From NCBI RefSeq assembly GCF_001194135.2, contig NC_068982.1, positions 175,090,501 to 175,154,285 of the forward strand: 63,785 nt of DNA, written 5' to 3'. The translations under genes were made by a program, and so were the position numbers. Source of the stretch: Octopus bimaculoides (taxonomy: Eukaryota). Under the pieces are notes generated by a model. The model was not told where the DNA came from. It saw nothing but the letters and a program-made list of their open reading frames with translations, and made no database searches. This document shows positions 13,011 to 26,334 of this stretch, one piece after another. Numbering within the stretch: position 1 is the stretch's first letter; every line of letters starts with the position of its first letter.

Positions 13011-15043
13011 TTGTTGGAATTGCGTAGAATGTTGCTATCATGTCTGAGTTTGTGATTGCAAAAGTTTTTGCAGAATCAGTGTGACATAATGCTGGCTGTT
13101 TGAACTATAGGTTCAGTCCCTCTTGCAGGCATCCATATACTGCTTTGGCATTGAGTAGAGGTTGATGTAAAAGAATACATGGTTCCGATGCCACACAGTG
13201 TGATCGAACCCGGGAATATATGGTTGTGAAGCAAACTTCTTAAGGCCATGCCTGCGAATATATTGAACCATATTTCGTTTGTGTATTCGTTTAAAGCCAT
13301 TTTTTGCACTCATTTCAGTGATGGCGTTTAATAGGTGTGATTATATCAAATTGTCAACTCACTGTTTGTAACTAATTCTTTACGTATTTGTCCATCCCGC
13401 CTACCATCATTACAACACCCTTTTCCCCAGTTTTAGACCCATTAACTTCTCTCATTCTTTCATTCTTAACTCTCTTTCTCTCACATATTCTCACAAACAC
13501 ATTTTCACATACACACATTCACATACGTTAAAAGCACACATTCACACACATACTCATACGCCATTGTTTGTTAATTTTCTATATATGTATGCTTCAATAA
13601 ACATAACCCGTCACCACCACCACCATCATTACTCTTTATAAGCACATAAAAAAATTGTTGTACATAAGCACATCAGTAAGTCTGTATGTATGGCGTCACG
13701 ACTACCATAAAAATATCATTGTATTGATAGAAACGTTACGTACCGATGTGATCTAGATAGACTCTGTGTATGAGGGAAAGAACGAAATAGAATAGCATCG
13801 AAAGAGTGAAGAGGATTGGTTATTCTTAAGTAGTGGACACGTCAAGGTGGTTTCCATCTCGAACAGTGGTTTGCAACTGTTTGTGAACAAAAAAAAAAGG
13901 TAAAAATAAAAACAAAACCAAGAAGAAAAAGAGAAAAAAAAAAAAACAGAAGCAAATTCTGCGCTGTGGTTTATCATTGATAATGTTTCTGTTGACCAAT
14001 AACAATGTCTTATTCATATTTTAATGCCGACCAAAACTTTTAGAAAATGTGTTGAAGATATTGGTATTGTGCCTGCTTTGAATATTTTATTTCAAAGAAA
14101 AGTCACAAGCCTGCTAAACACTCTTGGCACTAATAGCACCCGCTACAGTCATTTACCGCCTCTTTGTGGGCTCACAATGCTTCCAAGGAGATGCTACTTC
14201 TCAGGAAATCGCTGATCTAGAACACACACACACACACACTTTCATAGAGTAGTGTAGTCGAAGATATCTTACGTTTAAGGAAGGCAGCACTCTGTTTGGT
14301 GATACTTTTATCAGCAAACGTCAGGAACATACAACAGTAACCCTGTATAGAAGTACCGATGAACACGCCACATCTGGAGGTTTCTACATAATTAACATTA
14401 AAAAAAAAATGTGTACCAAGGCATAGGCTTACAATCTGCATGTCTTCTATATATCGGCAGTAAGACATGTTGCTGAGTGTTCTTTGCGAAAGACAAAGGC
14501 AAACGTCACACGATCTTATCTTTTCTGTAAAATTGTGACTTTGGAGTTCAAAAATCAATACATAATATATCGATTAGAATGAGTCTCAGAGAAAATAGCA
14601 AGATCTTCAAAAGCCGGGACCTAGTTCACTTCCATTTCTAATTGAATCAATTGCATTTTATGCATATCTTAATTTTCTTTGACAAAATATGTCCGTTAAA
14701 CACCACATTGTAAATAAACATAAAGTGTAGTCCGTTGAGCTCGGTCAAACGAAAGCTGTGGCTCCATCTTTTGTTGATTTATAATTGTAGCCATTAGTGA
14801 TTAATGTATTTGAGAAGGAACACTCGTCTAATATTCTCATTTCTCTCCGCTTCATTTTAAAATATAAATAAATATTTCTGCAAGTGAAATACCAGATACT
14901 GAAACGATTCGCCTGTTGAAATTGAGTTCGCATCTCGCTTAACTAAGTTCACCTTAAGAAAGGCTTCAATGTAAGTCTTCTCAATTACCCATTTCCAAAG
15001 ATTATAGAACCTTTTAAAAACAACTTTCGAATAGACACAAAAC

Positions 15044-15428
15044 TTTGTTGGCACTCCGTCGCTTACGACGTCGAGGGTTCCAGTTGATCCGATCAACGGA
15101 ACAGCCTGCTCGTGAAATTAACGTGCAAGTGGCTGAGCACTCCACAGACACGTGTACCCTTAACGTAGTTCCCGGGGATATTCAGCGTGACACAGAGTGT
15201 GACAAGGCTGACCCTTTGAATTACAGGCACGACAGAAACAGGAAGTAAGAGTGAGAGAAAGTTGTGGTGAAAGAGTACAGCAGGGTTCACCACCATCCCC
15301 TACGGGAGCCTCGTGGAGCTTTAGGTGTTTTCGCTCAATAAATACTCACAACGCCTGGACTGGGAATCGAAACCGCGATCCTATGACCGCGAGTCCGCTG
15401 CCCTAACCACTGGGCCATTGTACCTCCA
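15044..15428 (-). mobile_element. SINE family C (tRNA head GGAGGxxCAATGGCCCAGTGGTTAGGG..GTTTCGATTCCC, CAA-type tail)
   Basis: A and B boxes on the minus strand; near-identical copy at 57148-57529. Confidence 0.85.
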
Positions 15429-15809
15429 CACAAAACAAAATTTTATACGAAAGGGAGATGTGAGGGTAATTTACTCAACTACAGGATCTGACTGGTACTT
15501 ATTACATCAATGCAAGGCTGATGATAGAACAGAGCATTGGCTCGAGTAGGAGATGAACACAGAAACAGAGAATCAGCCGATTCCAAAGCAGTCTCCAAAG
15601 CATCTAGTCAGAATTCCTTGGCTTAGTATTTGGTTTATTTCGAACACACACAATACCTTGAACTAATATAGTGTTGAAGTCAGGAACCTACAATGCCGAT
15701 CCCCAAGGTCAAGTGAGACGAATCAAACCTTGGATGGATTGAAGCAAATAACGCATTTTGTGCTGTCCGTTTACACCACCCTTATACACACACACACACA
15801 CAGCTGAGC

Positions 15810-16075
15810 AGGTGTGGCTGCATGTTAAGGAATTTTGTTTTCCAGCCACGTGGTTCCGTCCGGATTCAGTCCCACTGCGTAGCACCTTGGGCAACTGTGT
15901 GTGTGTTTCTGTGTGTGTTTGTTCCCCATCACCGCATGACGACCGGTGTTGGTGTGTTCAGGTCTCCATAATTTAGCGCTTCGGGAACAGAAAGTACGTA
16001 CTGGTGCCGATTCGTACGACTAAAATTCTTCAAGGCGGTGTCCCAGCATGACAGCAATTTAATGACTGAAACATC
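15810..16075 (+). mobile_element. SINE family A, degenerate
   Basis: CAGTCCCACTGCGTAGCACCTTGGGCAA head and AAGGCGGTGTCCCAGCATG 3' part. Confidence 0.7.
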
Positions 16076-16121
16076 CGATAAAAGAAAAGATATATATATA
16101 TATAAATATATATATATATAT

Positions 16122-16335
16122 TCTTTTATTCTATTTTTTTTTACTTGTTTCAGTCATTTTGACTGTGGCCATGCTGGAGCACCGCCTTAAGTCAAACGAA
16201 TCGACCCCAGGACTTATTTTTGTTAGCCTGGTACTTATTCTATAGGTCACTTTTGCCGAACCACGAAGTTACGGAGATGTAAACACACCAATATCGGTTG
16301 TCAAGTGATGGCGAGGGCACAAACACAGACACAAA

Positions 16336-16340
<5 letters not shown>
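16122..16340 (-). mobile_element. SINE family A, 3' half
   Basis: Reverse complement of the 3' half of 1-408; runs into (TA)n and a gap. Confidence 0.85.
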
Positions 16341-16371
<31 letters not shown>

Positions 16372-17829
16372 NNNNNNNNNNNNNNNNNNNNNNNNNNNNN
16401 NNNNNNNNNNNNNNNNNNNNNNNNNNNNNNNNNNNNNNNNNNNNNNNNNNNNNNNNNNNNNNNNNNNNNNNNNNNNNNNNNNNNNNNNNNNNNNNNNNNN
16501 NNNNNNNNNNNNNNNNNNNNNNNNNNNNNNNNNNNNNNNNNNNNNNNNNNNNNNNNNNNNNNNNNNNNNNNNNNNNNNNNNNNNNNNNNNNNNNNNNNNN
16601 NNNNNNNNNNNNNNNNNNNNNNNNNNNNNNNNNNNNNNNNNNNNNNNNNNNNNNNNNNNNNNNNNNNNNNNNNNNNNNNNNNNNNNNNNNNNNNNNNNNN
16701 NNNNNNNNNNNNNNNNNNNNNNNNNNNNNNNNNNNNNNNNNNNNNNNNNNNNNNNNNNNNNNNNNNNNNNNNNNNNNNNNNNNNNNNNNNNNNNNNNNNN
16801 NNNNNNNNNNNNNNNNNNNNNNNNNNNNNNNNNNNNNNNNNNNNNNNNNNNNNNNNNNNNNNNNNNNNNNNNNNNNNNNNNNNNNNNNNNNNNNNNNNNN
16901 NNNNNNNNNNNNNNNNNNNNNNNNNNNNNNNNNNNNNNNNNNNNNNNNNNNNNNNNNNNNNNNNNAAAAGCATCTACTTGTAAGATACTGTTTGATACCC
17001 AGTCTAAACCTTGCGCGGTTCAAGATTTTCTGTTCGAGCACGTCTTCAATAAAAAAAGCCAGAGGTCAACTTGGTTCATTTCAGTAATCATTTCACTTCG
17101 ACAATCTACACTTTTCACTTCTTTACTTTCGTTCACATTTTTTTTCCTTGTCTCTATATTATTTTTTCTTTCCATTCATTCTTTTATTGTTTGGTTTTGT
17201 AAAAGATCCATTTCATTATAAAAAAAGAAAAAAAATTGTTTTTGCTTTGTCTTGGTTCACTTACCTCCCACCCTTAACGTCTAACTTGTCTATCATTCAT
17301 TCTTTCTTTCTTTTTTCTTTTCTTCTCTTTTCTTTCAGTTTAGTTCTGTTCTTTCATTCTTTCTTAGAAGACAGAGAAATATATAACTTTTTCAGCCTGA
17401 ACCAGTTGCAACCGTTGTTGCCTATGTGTTTAACATTGAATTTTGTATTATACTGTTTTGCATTGTAGGTGTCGAGGATCAATATCTTGTAAAGGTATGT
17501 CTGTATTTTCAGCATTGTATGAATGTACGACCAGCTTGCTTCAACCATTGCATCTCAAAATGCGCGGACGACAAAAAACCCCTACCCCATACAAAGACAT
17601 TGAAAAAGAGGCGACAACTAATGTAGAGCGGGCAGGTCGAGCTGTGTAATTACTTTGTGATTTCGCGTTTCTGCGTTCGATCTCACCACTCGGCATTCCG
17701 GGGGAGAAATAATTTTAATAGTCGTCACTCATGTGTACACCTGAAGAATTGTCACCTCAACCTACAGAGGATATCCATCCATCCATCAATCTTCTTCATA
17801 CTATTCCTGAGAGAGTCATGGGGGTAGAG

Positions 17830-18400
17830 TCATCAGGTATCTTCTCCATAAGGCCCTGTCTGAAGCAACTGTCATTAGATTTTTCCAGCTCGATTCTCAA
17901 GCGTGATCAACTGAGACTATGGATATTATTCAACCATCTCATTTTGGATCTACCCACAAAGTCTTCTGCCGGCTGGCTCAGCTTGATGAATCCGTCTTCT
18001 GATTCTTTTCTGCGACATTCTAATCACATATTCGTAGTACTGGAGGTGTGATCTCTCAATGCGAAGAAGTAGTGATTCGACCGGGAGATATTCCATGATC
18101 TCCGAGCTACGCACCCTGTCAAGCAAGTCACTCCAGAGATCCTTCGGAGAACCCATTTCAGCCTCTTGTATTTACGCTCGTACTCTTTCGGTCATTACTC
18201 AACATTTATGACCATAGGTAAAGATAGGCACGAAAACCGAATTGCATATAGCAAGTTTGGCCCTTTTTTTTTTTTTGCCAGCCATTTCTCTTCTGAGGAT
18301 TGAATACTGAAGTTGGTGCATTACTGTGGCAGCACCTGAAATTTTAGCATCCAATTTAGCCTCCTGCCTCCCATCTTAGATATGTTTCGACCAAAGATTG
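17830..18400 (-). mobile_element. Decayed RTE-clade (Rex3/Expander-like) LINE 3' fragment
   Basis: KLAICNSVFVPIFTYGHK, IQEAEMG, LLRIERSHLQYYEYVIRM (cf. LLHIERSQLRWLGHLxRM). Confidence 0.8.
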
Positions 18401-18679
18401 GTCCAGGTCATGTCTAACTTAATAGCACCACCTGATAGGATTATCTAAATCTTTTTTTACAGTCAAGTTTTGTTTATCGTCCATTCAAGTAGTGAGTTCT
18501 TATTGAGTGAGTTATATCCAGGAATGGTGGCTTTGTATCCAGGTATGACAGTCCCGAATATTTAAACTTGTGTAATTGGGATAGTATAAATCTACTCCTG
18601 AAAGTTTACAGGAAAAAAAATGGCAATAATATACATTATGCTAAAGTTAAATGAAACTACAACAATTATATAGATAACA

Positions 18680-18876
18680 TTGGTTTCAAATTTTGGAACG
18701 AGGTGCCAGCAATTTTGATATCGAGGGTAAGTCGATTATATAGACTCCAATGATCAACTGATATTTATTTTATCGACACCAAAAGGATGAAAATCAGAGT
18801 CGACCTCGGTAGCATTTGAACTCAGAACGTAAAGACGATCGAATCGCAGTTAAACATTTTGCTAGCTCGCCGCCTT
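18680..18876 (-). mobile_element. SINE family B (head AAGGCGGCGAGCTGGCAGAA, B-box GAGTTCAAAT)
   Basis: Similarity to the well-preserved copy at 42772-42996. Confidence 0.75.
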
Positions 18877-18944
18877 AAATTATATAGGCAACGTTGCAAA
18901 TACATTATATGCTACATATTTTATTAGTGACGGTGTTATCATTA

Positions 18945-19120
18945 TTGTTGTTGTTCAACCCCAGGTCAGCTCTGATCGGGCAGACATTCCAGCCGTGACT
19001 AGGTCGTCTTTCTATATATATCGGAGATTCTATCTAAATTAATCCATATCGTTTAAACAGTATATTTGATGGAGATTTGTCTGCTATTTCTAGCAAATTG
19101 ATCAACCGCTTAGAGATTCC
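18945..19120 (-). repeat. Dispersed repeat family with (CAA)n tail
   Basis: CTGATCGGGCA..GCTATTTCTAGC shared with 33290-33490 and 35720-35915. Confidence 0.55.
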
Positions 19121-19826
19121 CTTGGTCTGTGGTTGTAGCTGTTATATCAATTATGGTAGTACTCGGGTTATTAGTTGTAGATTTGGTGGTGTTTGTGATG
19201 ATGATGATGGTGGTAATGATGGTAGGATTATTGGTTGTGGCGGTGGTGATGGTGGTGATAGTTGTAGTGGTAAAGGTGGTGGTTGTAGTAGAAGTGATTG
19301 TGATTTTGATGTTTCAATATTTTGTGTTTCCTCTGAGCCCACCTGAAAAATTATAGCCCAGGCTGTTTCTACCTGAAGATTCATTACCCTAGGATATCCC
19401 AATGGAAAATCATCTCCCTGCCGATATCTGGGGTGACAGTTTTTCAAGGGGCTTCATTTTATGGTTAGCTTGCATGTGCAGTTAAGAATTGTCAATGATG
19501 AACACATAGAAACCGAAATGAATCATATATTAGAAAGAAGTATGATAAGTTTATGAAGCAAACGGGTTATGCAACACTTCATATCTCCTGTTATATCTCT
19601 TGTTTGTCTAACAAATAGAAAATAAATAAGAGAACAGCTGGTTTGATTGAAATCTAGAAAATTAAAGAGAGAAACCGAAAATCTGATCATGGCAGCATAA
19701 GAAGAAACGATTAAAACAAATATTGTTTGAGCAAACACAGGCAAACTCGATCAAGATGGTAAGACTTGGATAACTGGGAAAATGATGAAATAGGGAACTG
19801 ATAGTCATACAGACACTGTGAAGTTA

Positions 19827-20107
19827 TTACAGTTCTATATTTAAGAGATGAGGTATTATTTACATTATTTACATTTGACGGATATTCGTCCTCATCTTGC
19901 TTGTTGTTAACACAACGTTTCGGCTGATATACCCTCCAGCCTTCGTCAGGTGTCTGGGGGAAATTTCGAACCTGGGTTCTCATTCCTATCGATGTTACTA
20001 TTATTATTACTATTACTATTATTATTATTAATCAGGTCGCTGCCGTGAATCGAACTCGGAACCTTGGGGTTAGTAGCCCGTGCTCTTAACCACTACGCCA
20101 TATGCCC
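19827..20107 (-). mobile_element. tRNA-headed non-autonomous element carrying a minimal hammerhead motif
   Basis: A-box TGGCGTAGTGG (20100-20090), B-box GAGTTCGATTC (20057-20047), (AAT)n, then the HHR motif at 19954-19909. Confidence 0.75.
19909..19954 (-). ncRNA. Minimal type I hammerhead ribozyme motif
   Basis: GACAC-CTGACGA-A-GGCTG(10 nt)CAGCC-GAAA-C-GTT-GTGTT on the minus strand. Confidence 0.7.
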
Positions 20108-20212
20108 GTGCGCAATTATGGGGTGAATTTTAAGGCTTATAAATCTATTATATATAATAATAATAATAGTAACATCGATAGGAATGAGAACCCAGGTTTG
20201 TAATTTTCCAAA

Positions 20213-20258
20213 GACACCTGACGAAGGCTGGAGGGTATATCAGCCGAAACGTTGTGTT
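20213..20258 (+). ncRNA. Minimal type I hammerhead ribozyme motif (inverted partner)
   Basis: Same motif: CTGACGA 20218-24, GGCTG 20226-30 / CAGCC 20241-45, GAAA 20246-49, GUU triplet 20251-53. Confidence 0.7.
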
Positions 20259-20829
20259 AACAGCAAACAAGATGAGGACGAATATCCGCCAAATGTAAAT
20301 AATGTAAATACTGTGAAGTTAGTTGGAAACTTGGAATCGAAGCAGAAGGAAACTTGTATAAATAATAACCTAGTACAATCATTAACTGATATTTAAAATT
20401 ACTGTTCATTTTTTAAATAGCGTTGTTTGAGGAGGAACAGTAGCGCTGGTGATGCTTTTCAAGATCTCTGAGACTAGCGGGAGCAAGGGAAGAAGTTGTC
20501 AGCAGACCAGAGACAAGGTCCAAATATTTGTAGAAGAGTGAAGTCCACAAAAGTTACCTAAAAGCAGTTAATGGCATTAAACCAGGTGACGAAGTAAGTC
20601 TGCATTCAAAATAGCTGACGGGCTTCGATAGTTTACGTCTCTAAATTTTACTCAAATGGAGACTTTGGTTAATTCAAAGATATGAAAGAAGACACTTACT
20701 CAAGGTGTCGTTCAGTGGGATTGTCCCGATACACGAAATTCCGAAGCTAATTTCGTAATTTCAATCATGCTTGTATATATTTCGATGTATAAACTGAGAA
20801 TGTAGTAGAAGCATGGAAACAATTGTGAT

Positions 20830-21047
20830 AATGGTTTCAAATTTTGGTAGAAGGCCGGACATTTTAGGGAAGAAGCTTAATCGATTACATCGATCCCAGT
20901 GTTCAACTGGTACTTATTTTATCGACCTCGAAACGATGACAGGCAGAGTCGACCTTGGCAAAATTTGAGCTCAGAACCTAAAGATCCCGAAGGAATACCG
21001 GTAGGCATTTTATTTCACGCAGTAAGGATTCTGCCAGCTCGCCGCTT
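20830..21047 (-). mobile_element. SINE family B
   Basis: ATCGATCCCAGTGTTCAACTGGTACTTATTTTATCGAC..CTGCCAGCTCGCCGC. Confidence 0.85.
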
Positions 21048-21094
21048 TAATTGTGATAATAATAGAGAAAATGAAAAAAAAAAAAGATAATAAT

Positions 21095-21400
21095 AATAAC
21101 AAATTCAATATTATCGATTTTTCAATATCACAATCTAACAGAGTTGAAGTAAACCAAAGAGAAAAGACTGAACATCATCTAGATTTAACAGAAAACTGAG
21201 GAGACTGAGTTATAAGGTTGAAAATCTTCACAGTTGTTATAGGAATACTTGGAACAACACCTAACAACTGCTCTGAGGCTGGGTGATACATGGAACTGAA
21301 ACCCGGGAAGTGGCATTGCAAAAATTTACTATTCCCTCTTCTCCAAGAATCAAACGCAAAATTCTTGAGAGTTGAGGAAGCTTGTCACTAAACAAGTAAA
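21095..21400 (+). mobile_element. 3' end of a non-LTR retrotransposon with restriction-like endonuclease (R4/Dong/NeSL-type), decayed
   Basis: Remnants resembling IIDxxI..RV..EKxExxxDL..LRRL..KV..VVIGILGTTP..LQK..RIxRKILE. Confidence 0.6.
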
Positions 21401-22884
21401 CACGACACTGTTTACTATTTTTTACAATGACAATAATTCTATATCTCTTATATATTTTCGTTAATAGTCATTTTCTGTCTTGCAATTCTGTTTTTGTTTC
21501 CAAGACAGAAGGACGATGCTTTCCGTGTCTCGATAGAGACTATTAACATTTAGAAATAAAGTTATTGAACGGTTTCTAGAAAGTTCTGACGTGGCACAAA
21601 AGCTTTATTATTTGTAAAGTATGATACCCATATCTCTCTCGAGGTTATTAGTACCGTAGGAGAAGATATGTAACTGCGAAATTCAAAACTTCACAGTGTA
21701 CTCGATTCAGTGAAAGCTTTGAAACTGGTCAACGACTCTTATATGTACATGGACTAACGATAGGACTTTACAAATATATTAGATCCTAATACTACATAAT
21801 AAAAAATGATAAGTATGAAGCACCCCTCCTCCTCCAAAAAAAAAAAAGAAAAACACTAAAAAACCTCGATGTAAAATCAGTTTTCAGTAACCGACGATTT
21901 CAATAATCCTTACTTATGGCATAAGGCTTTTACCTTTTTTATGACATTCAATGGTGCGCAGCAACGAAAGCAATGCATTGAAACACTGTACATAATGAAA
22001 AGTAATCTTCTAATATCGGATATTTATGAGCCGCTTAAGTGGATAAAAGGCAATTAGGGGTGAAAAGAAGTTGAGAATTTTTAAATCTAAAATTTTTAAT
22101 GGACATAATTCATTAATTACTCGACACAAATGCAGGAAACTAGGTGTAATCATAACGTTGTAAATTATCCGGAAAAAAAAATGAATACATAATACCGTGA
22201 ATACCATGAATTTGATGAAAAACAAGGCACATGATCATACAAGAGCCTCTCACTTATTTCAGTAAGGAATATTCATGGAAATAAAATTCTAATGTGTTTA
22301 TACATTTAACGTTTATTGAAATCTGTAGCTAGAATGTATTCGAAAAATATATTTTTCAAATTAAAATACAGCTAAAAATAATGATGATGTTTGAGTAAAT
22401 GTTATATTTGCAACAAATAGCAGTTTCGATATTCTATAGTCCGAAGGCGAGAAATATATTAGCCAAAGATTTACTACATCGCTTGTGGTAGAGCACAAAC
22501 TACTGGTCTTCCTGTTGATCTTCCGCTATTAAATCGGACAAAATTGCCTCTAACAGTATTAAAAAAATGTATCAATCTAAATTTCTATAAGATTCAAATA
22601 TAAAATGGTCACACACACACGCACACACAAACTCAGACGCATACATATATATATCACGTGAAAAACAATATGCTTTTATATTTGAGACTGTAGTTATTGA
22701 TACTCTTGACCACATAGAATATATCACTTGATGCGTGCGATTGGGCCCAACTCAGTTGCTTTGAAAGACTTTGAAACTATTAGTAAAATGTATTGACTGA
22801 TTTCTATATTTGTAAAAATATATAGCAACTTTGTATTCGCTGTATCGAGTACATGTCACTTTATATTTGAAACTTGTTTGACTG

Positions 22885-22921
<37 letters not shown>

Positions 22922-22966
22922 TGTGTGTATGTGTGTGTGTATGTAGGTGAGCGCGCGCGTTAATGC

Positions 22967-23050
<84 letters not shown>

Positions 23051-23051
23051 A

Positions 23052-23455
23052 CTCTTTACTCTCTTTTACTTGTTTCAGTCATTTGACTACGGCCATGCGG
23101 GAACACCGCCTTTAGTCGAACAAATATCGACCCCAGGACTTATTCTTTGTAAGCCTAGTACTTATTCTATCGGTTTCTTTTGCCGAAACGCTAAGTTACG
23201 GGGACGTAAACACACTGGCATCTGTTGTCAAGCGATGCTGGGGGACAAACACAGACACACAAACATATACACACACATACATATATGCATATACATATAT
23301 ACGACGGGCTTCTTTCAGTTTCCGTCTACCAAATCCACTCACAAAGCTTTGATCGGCCCGAGGCTATAGTAGAAGACACTTGCCCAAGGTGCCACGCAGT
23401 GGGACTGAACCCGGAACTATGTGGTTGGTATGCAAGCTACTTACCACACAGCCAC
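23052..23455 (-). mobile_element. SINE family A, full length
   Basis: Close reverse-complement match to 1-408. Confidence 0.9.
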
Positions 23456-23464
23456 ATATACGCA

Positions 23465-23502
<38 letters not shown>

Positions 23503-23699
23503 TGCGTGTATGCATGAACGTATGTGTATGTTTGTAGTCATAGGTTAAAACTTGTGTAAAATCCAATTCAAGCGAGGAAGTAGTCAATACAATCAGGTAG
23601 GGTTGCAAAACGTCATCGGTTCAAAGCCAAGCCAGCATAAGTCACCACTCGAAGTTACATGTCCCTGGTTTTTCCTGAGTATTCTATTACTTATGCATG

Positions 23700-24018
23700 T
23701 CTTTTATATTTTACTTATTCCAGTCACAGGGGCTGCAGCCAAGCTGGGGCACCGCCTTGAATGGCTTAATCACACAAGTCCTTTCCTTGTACACTCTTTC
23801 TCTATCTCCCGAATTGCTGAACTACAGGGAAGTAAACAAACCAACAACGGCTGTCCAGTGGTGGGGAACACACACACACATACACACAGAGTTTCCATGT
23901 ACCAAATCCACTCACAAGGTTATGGTGGGCCCGGGGCTATAGCAGGTTTGATCCAGTAAGAGTGGATCCAGGACCATATGGCTGGGAAGTAAACTTCTTA
24001 CCACACAGCTATGCCTGC
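23700..24018 (-). mobile_element. SINE family A, degenerate
   Basis: GGGGCACCGCCTTGAA and ACCAAATCCACTCACAAGG segments. Confidence 0.65.
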
Positions 24019-24064
24019 GCCTATGTTTGTATGTTTACATATATATTCTTGTATGTATGTAAGT

Positions 24065-24065
<1 letters not shown>

Positions 24066-24150
<85 letters not shown>
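24066..24150. repeat. (GT)n microsatellite
   Basis: Direct inspection. Confidence 0.95.
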
Positions 24151-24153
<3 letters not shown>

Positions 24154-26334
24154 TATGTACGTACCTGAATACATAGATGCATGTATGATTATATGCTTTG
24201 GTTTACAAGAATTAACATACACAAATATAACTCGTAACTTCTTTGTGAGTTAAAGATCTTTCCTGTAAATTTTTAGAATACTCAGAAACGACTAGTTTTA
24301 ACCATTTCAGCTGTCATAAGGTTGGAATTTGACCAAATGAAACTTCCATATCTGATTGTTGAACACGCAAAAACGACACCCGGCTCTAAGACTTTTCCAT
24401 AAAAGATTTATCTGTCTTCCTTGTTCCACACAACTACAAGATAACGACGGGAATGTGTCATACAAAGGTACAGTGAGCAAAGATATATTGACCAAAGATT
24501 ATTCTGCGACATTAAAAGATATGGCAGTCAGAACTTTCTGCTTTCACAATGTATTTATAGAACCGGTAATATTACCCATGTTTTACGTACTTGAATAGTC
24601 TACAGAGGAAATTCATTCCATTAATATGAACATCCAAAGTGTTCTGATAGCAAATGAAAACTTCCACATGAAATTCTGATATAAACGGGTCCTCACTCAG
24701 AAGAAAAGACAGTCGAGAAGTTAAGATTAGCCCAGATAATTTTTTAATGTCATTTGTTATTCCGCGTGCATCTGAACTACAGCAATAAAAAAAAAAATAC
24801 AACGAACAAGTGTTCAAAAATGACGAGTTCAAAAAAGCATTTTGCAAGTCAAGTCGAGCGTGAATTGCAGAAGCACCCGGTTTCCGATGATCTCTTATGC
24901 AACTACAGAAATGCTACATTGCCGTTTTTCAACAACAACCTGAAGAGAAAACACTACATTGCAAAATCAAAAGAGTTTAATATGTTTCCTGTAAACTTCA
25001 GGATGTTTCTATCAACAGGAAGTGTAGCTCCACTTGTATTTGTGGCATTTACACCAAGTCTCTCGCTTTTGGCAAGAGGGAAAGAAAAAGACAGAAAGAG
25101 AGAGGGAGAGAGAGAGAAAACTATAGCATATCTAACGAGCCTTGTGAGGAAAAAGAGACTGAAGACCGCTTAAAACCACAATATGCGACCGAAAATGTCG
25201 ATTATGCCACACTTATATAGAAGACATACATGTGATTAACAACTTCCCCAAATGTCAATGCAGCATGACGTTATTGCTAAAACAACATGTAATGCCATCG
25301 GTAAAGTAGACTGCCTTGGGATAAATATTGAAAATATTTCTGTTGCTGATTACAAGTAGTTCTTCCTTCCTGAGCTTCCAATTTACAAGTTTACATCTTT
25401 ACAAGAATTAACTGCCATAGAAGAAAAAAAACAAAAACAAAAGAAAAAGACTCCAAAAAACCTCAAACAAACAAAATACACACAAAAAAAGATTGCGTGT
25501 AATTCAATGTGTGTTGCCCCAAAATAATACCCTAGCGGCTGAATACACCTCTTACTTGAGGCAAAGACCACATTATATTGGACAACAACCTGCAAGCTTG
25601 TGCTTTGTGATTTCTCGATTTTCGAATGATAATTGGGAACGAATCAACTTGTAAAACCGATAGCTATCTATATACATAATTTCAAAATACAATGAACATT
25701 AGTGAAATATTTCCCTCAGATTTTCTTCCAAATACAAGCATAACGGAGTTGATATAGATGTTTGGGACAGAAAAAGAAAAATTCTGTACAATTAAAACTG
25801 AATATTTTCAAAATCAGTGAAAAATAGAATATTTATGAAGAAATACTTCGAAAACTATAGCTTCTATGTGTAAATTATAAATTCATGACACCCAAAATCG
25901 TTGGTGCAAGTAGTTATATTAATAAACGCCTCATTTGTAATCCTGAAAAGCTAGGGTTTTCAAGCAAAGAACACGACCAGTTAATGCGCTTTTTAAATAC
26001 AATATGAAAGCGGAAGAGTGAAAATCTATAAAAATTTTCTAAAATTCAACATGCAAATCTTGTTTTAGCTATCTATATTCTGCGATGAGTATTCTTTGTT
26101 ACAACCTCCTGCTTTTATAAAAAGATTTCAAATAAGAATAAAAAAATATACATCCGCACATACTTAGATNNNNNNNNNNNNNNNNNNNNNNNNNNNNNNN
26201 NNNNNNNNNNNNNNNNNNNNNNNNNNNNNNNNNNNNNNNNNNNNNNNNNNNNNNNNNNNNNNNNNNNNNNNNNNNNNNNNNNNNNNNNNNNNNNNNNNNN
26301 NNNNNNNNNNNNNACATACATGCATACATATATA

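Noticed and set aside
20033-20107. Functional tRNA gene
   Set aside because: A and B boxes and an anticodon-like hairpin are present, but there is no acceptor-stem pairing; it is a SINE-type head. The same applies to the other SINE heads.
24754-25173. 139-aa ORF without Ns (also 28140-28457 and 60421-60768)
   Set aside because: No recognisable domain, splice context or codon signal; the length is compatible with chance given alternative start codons.
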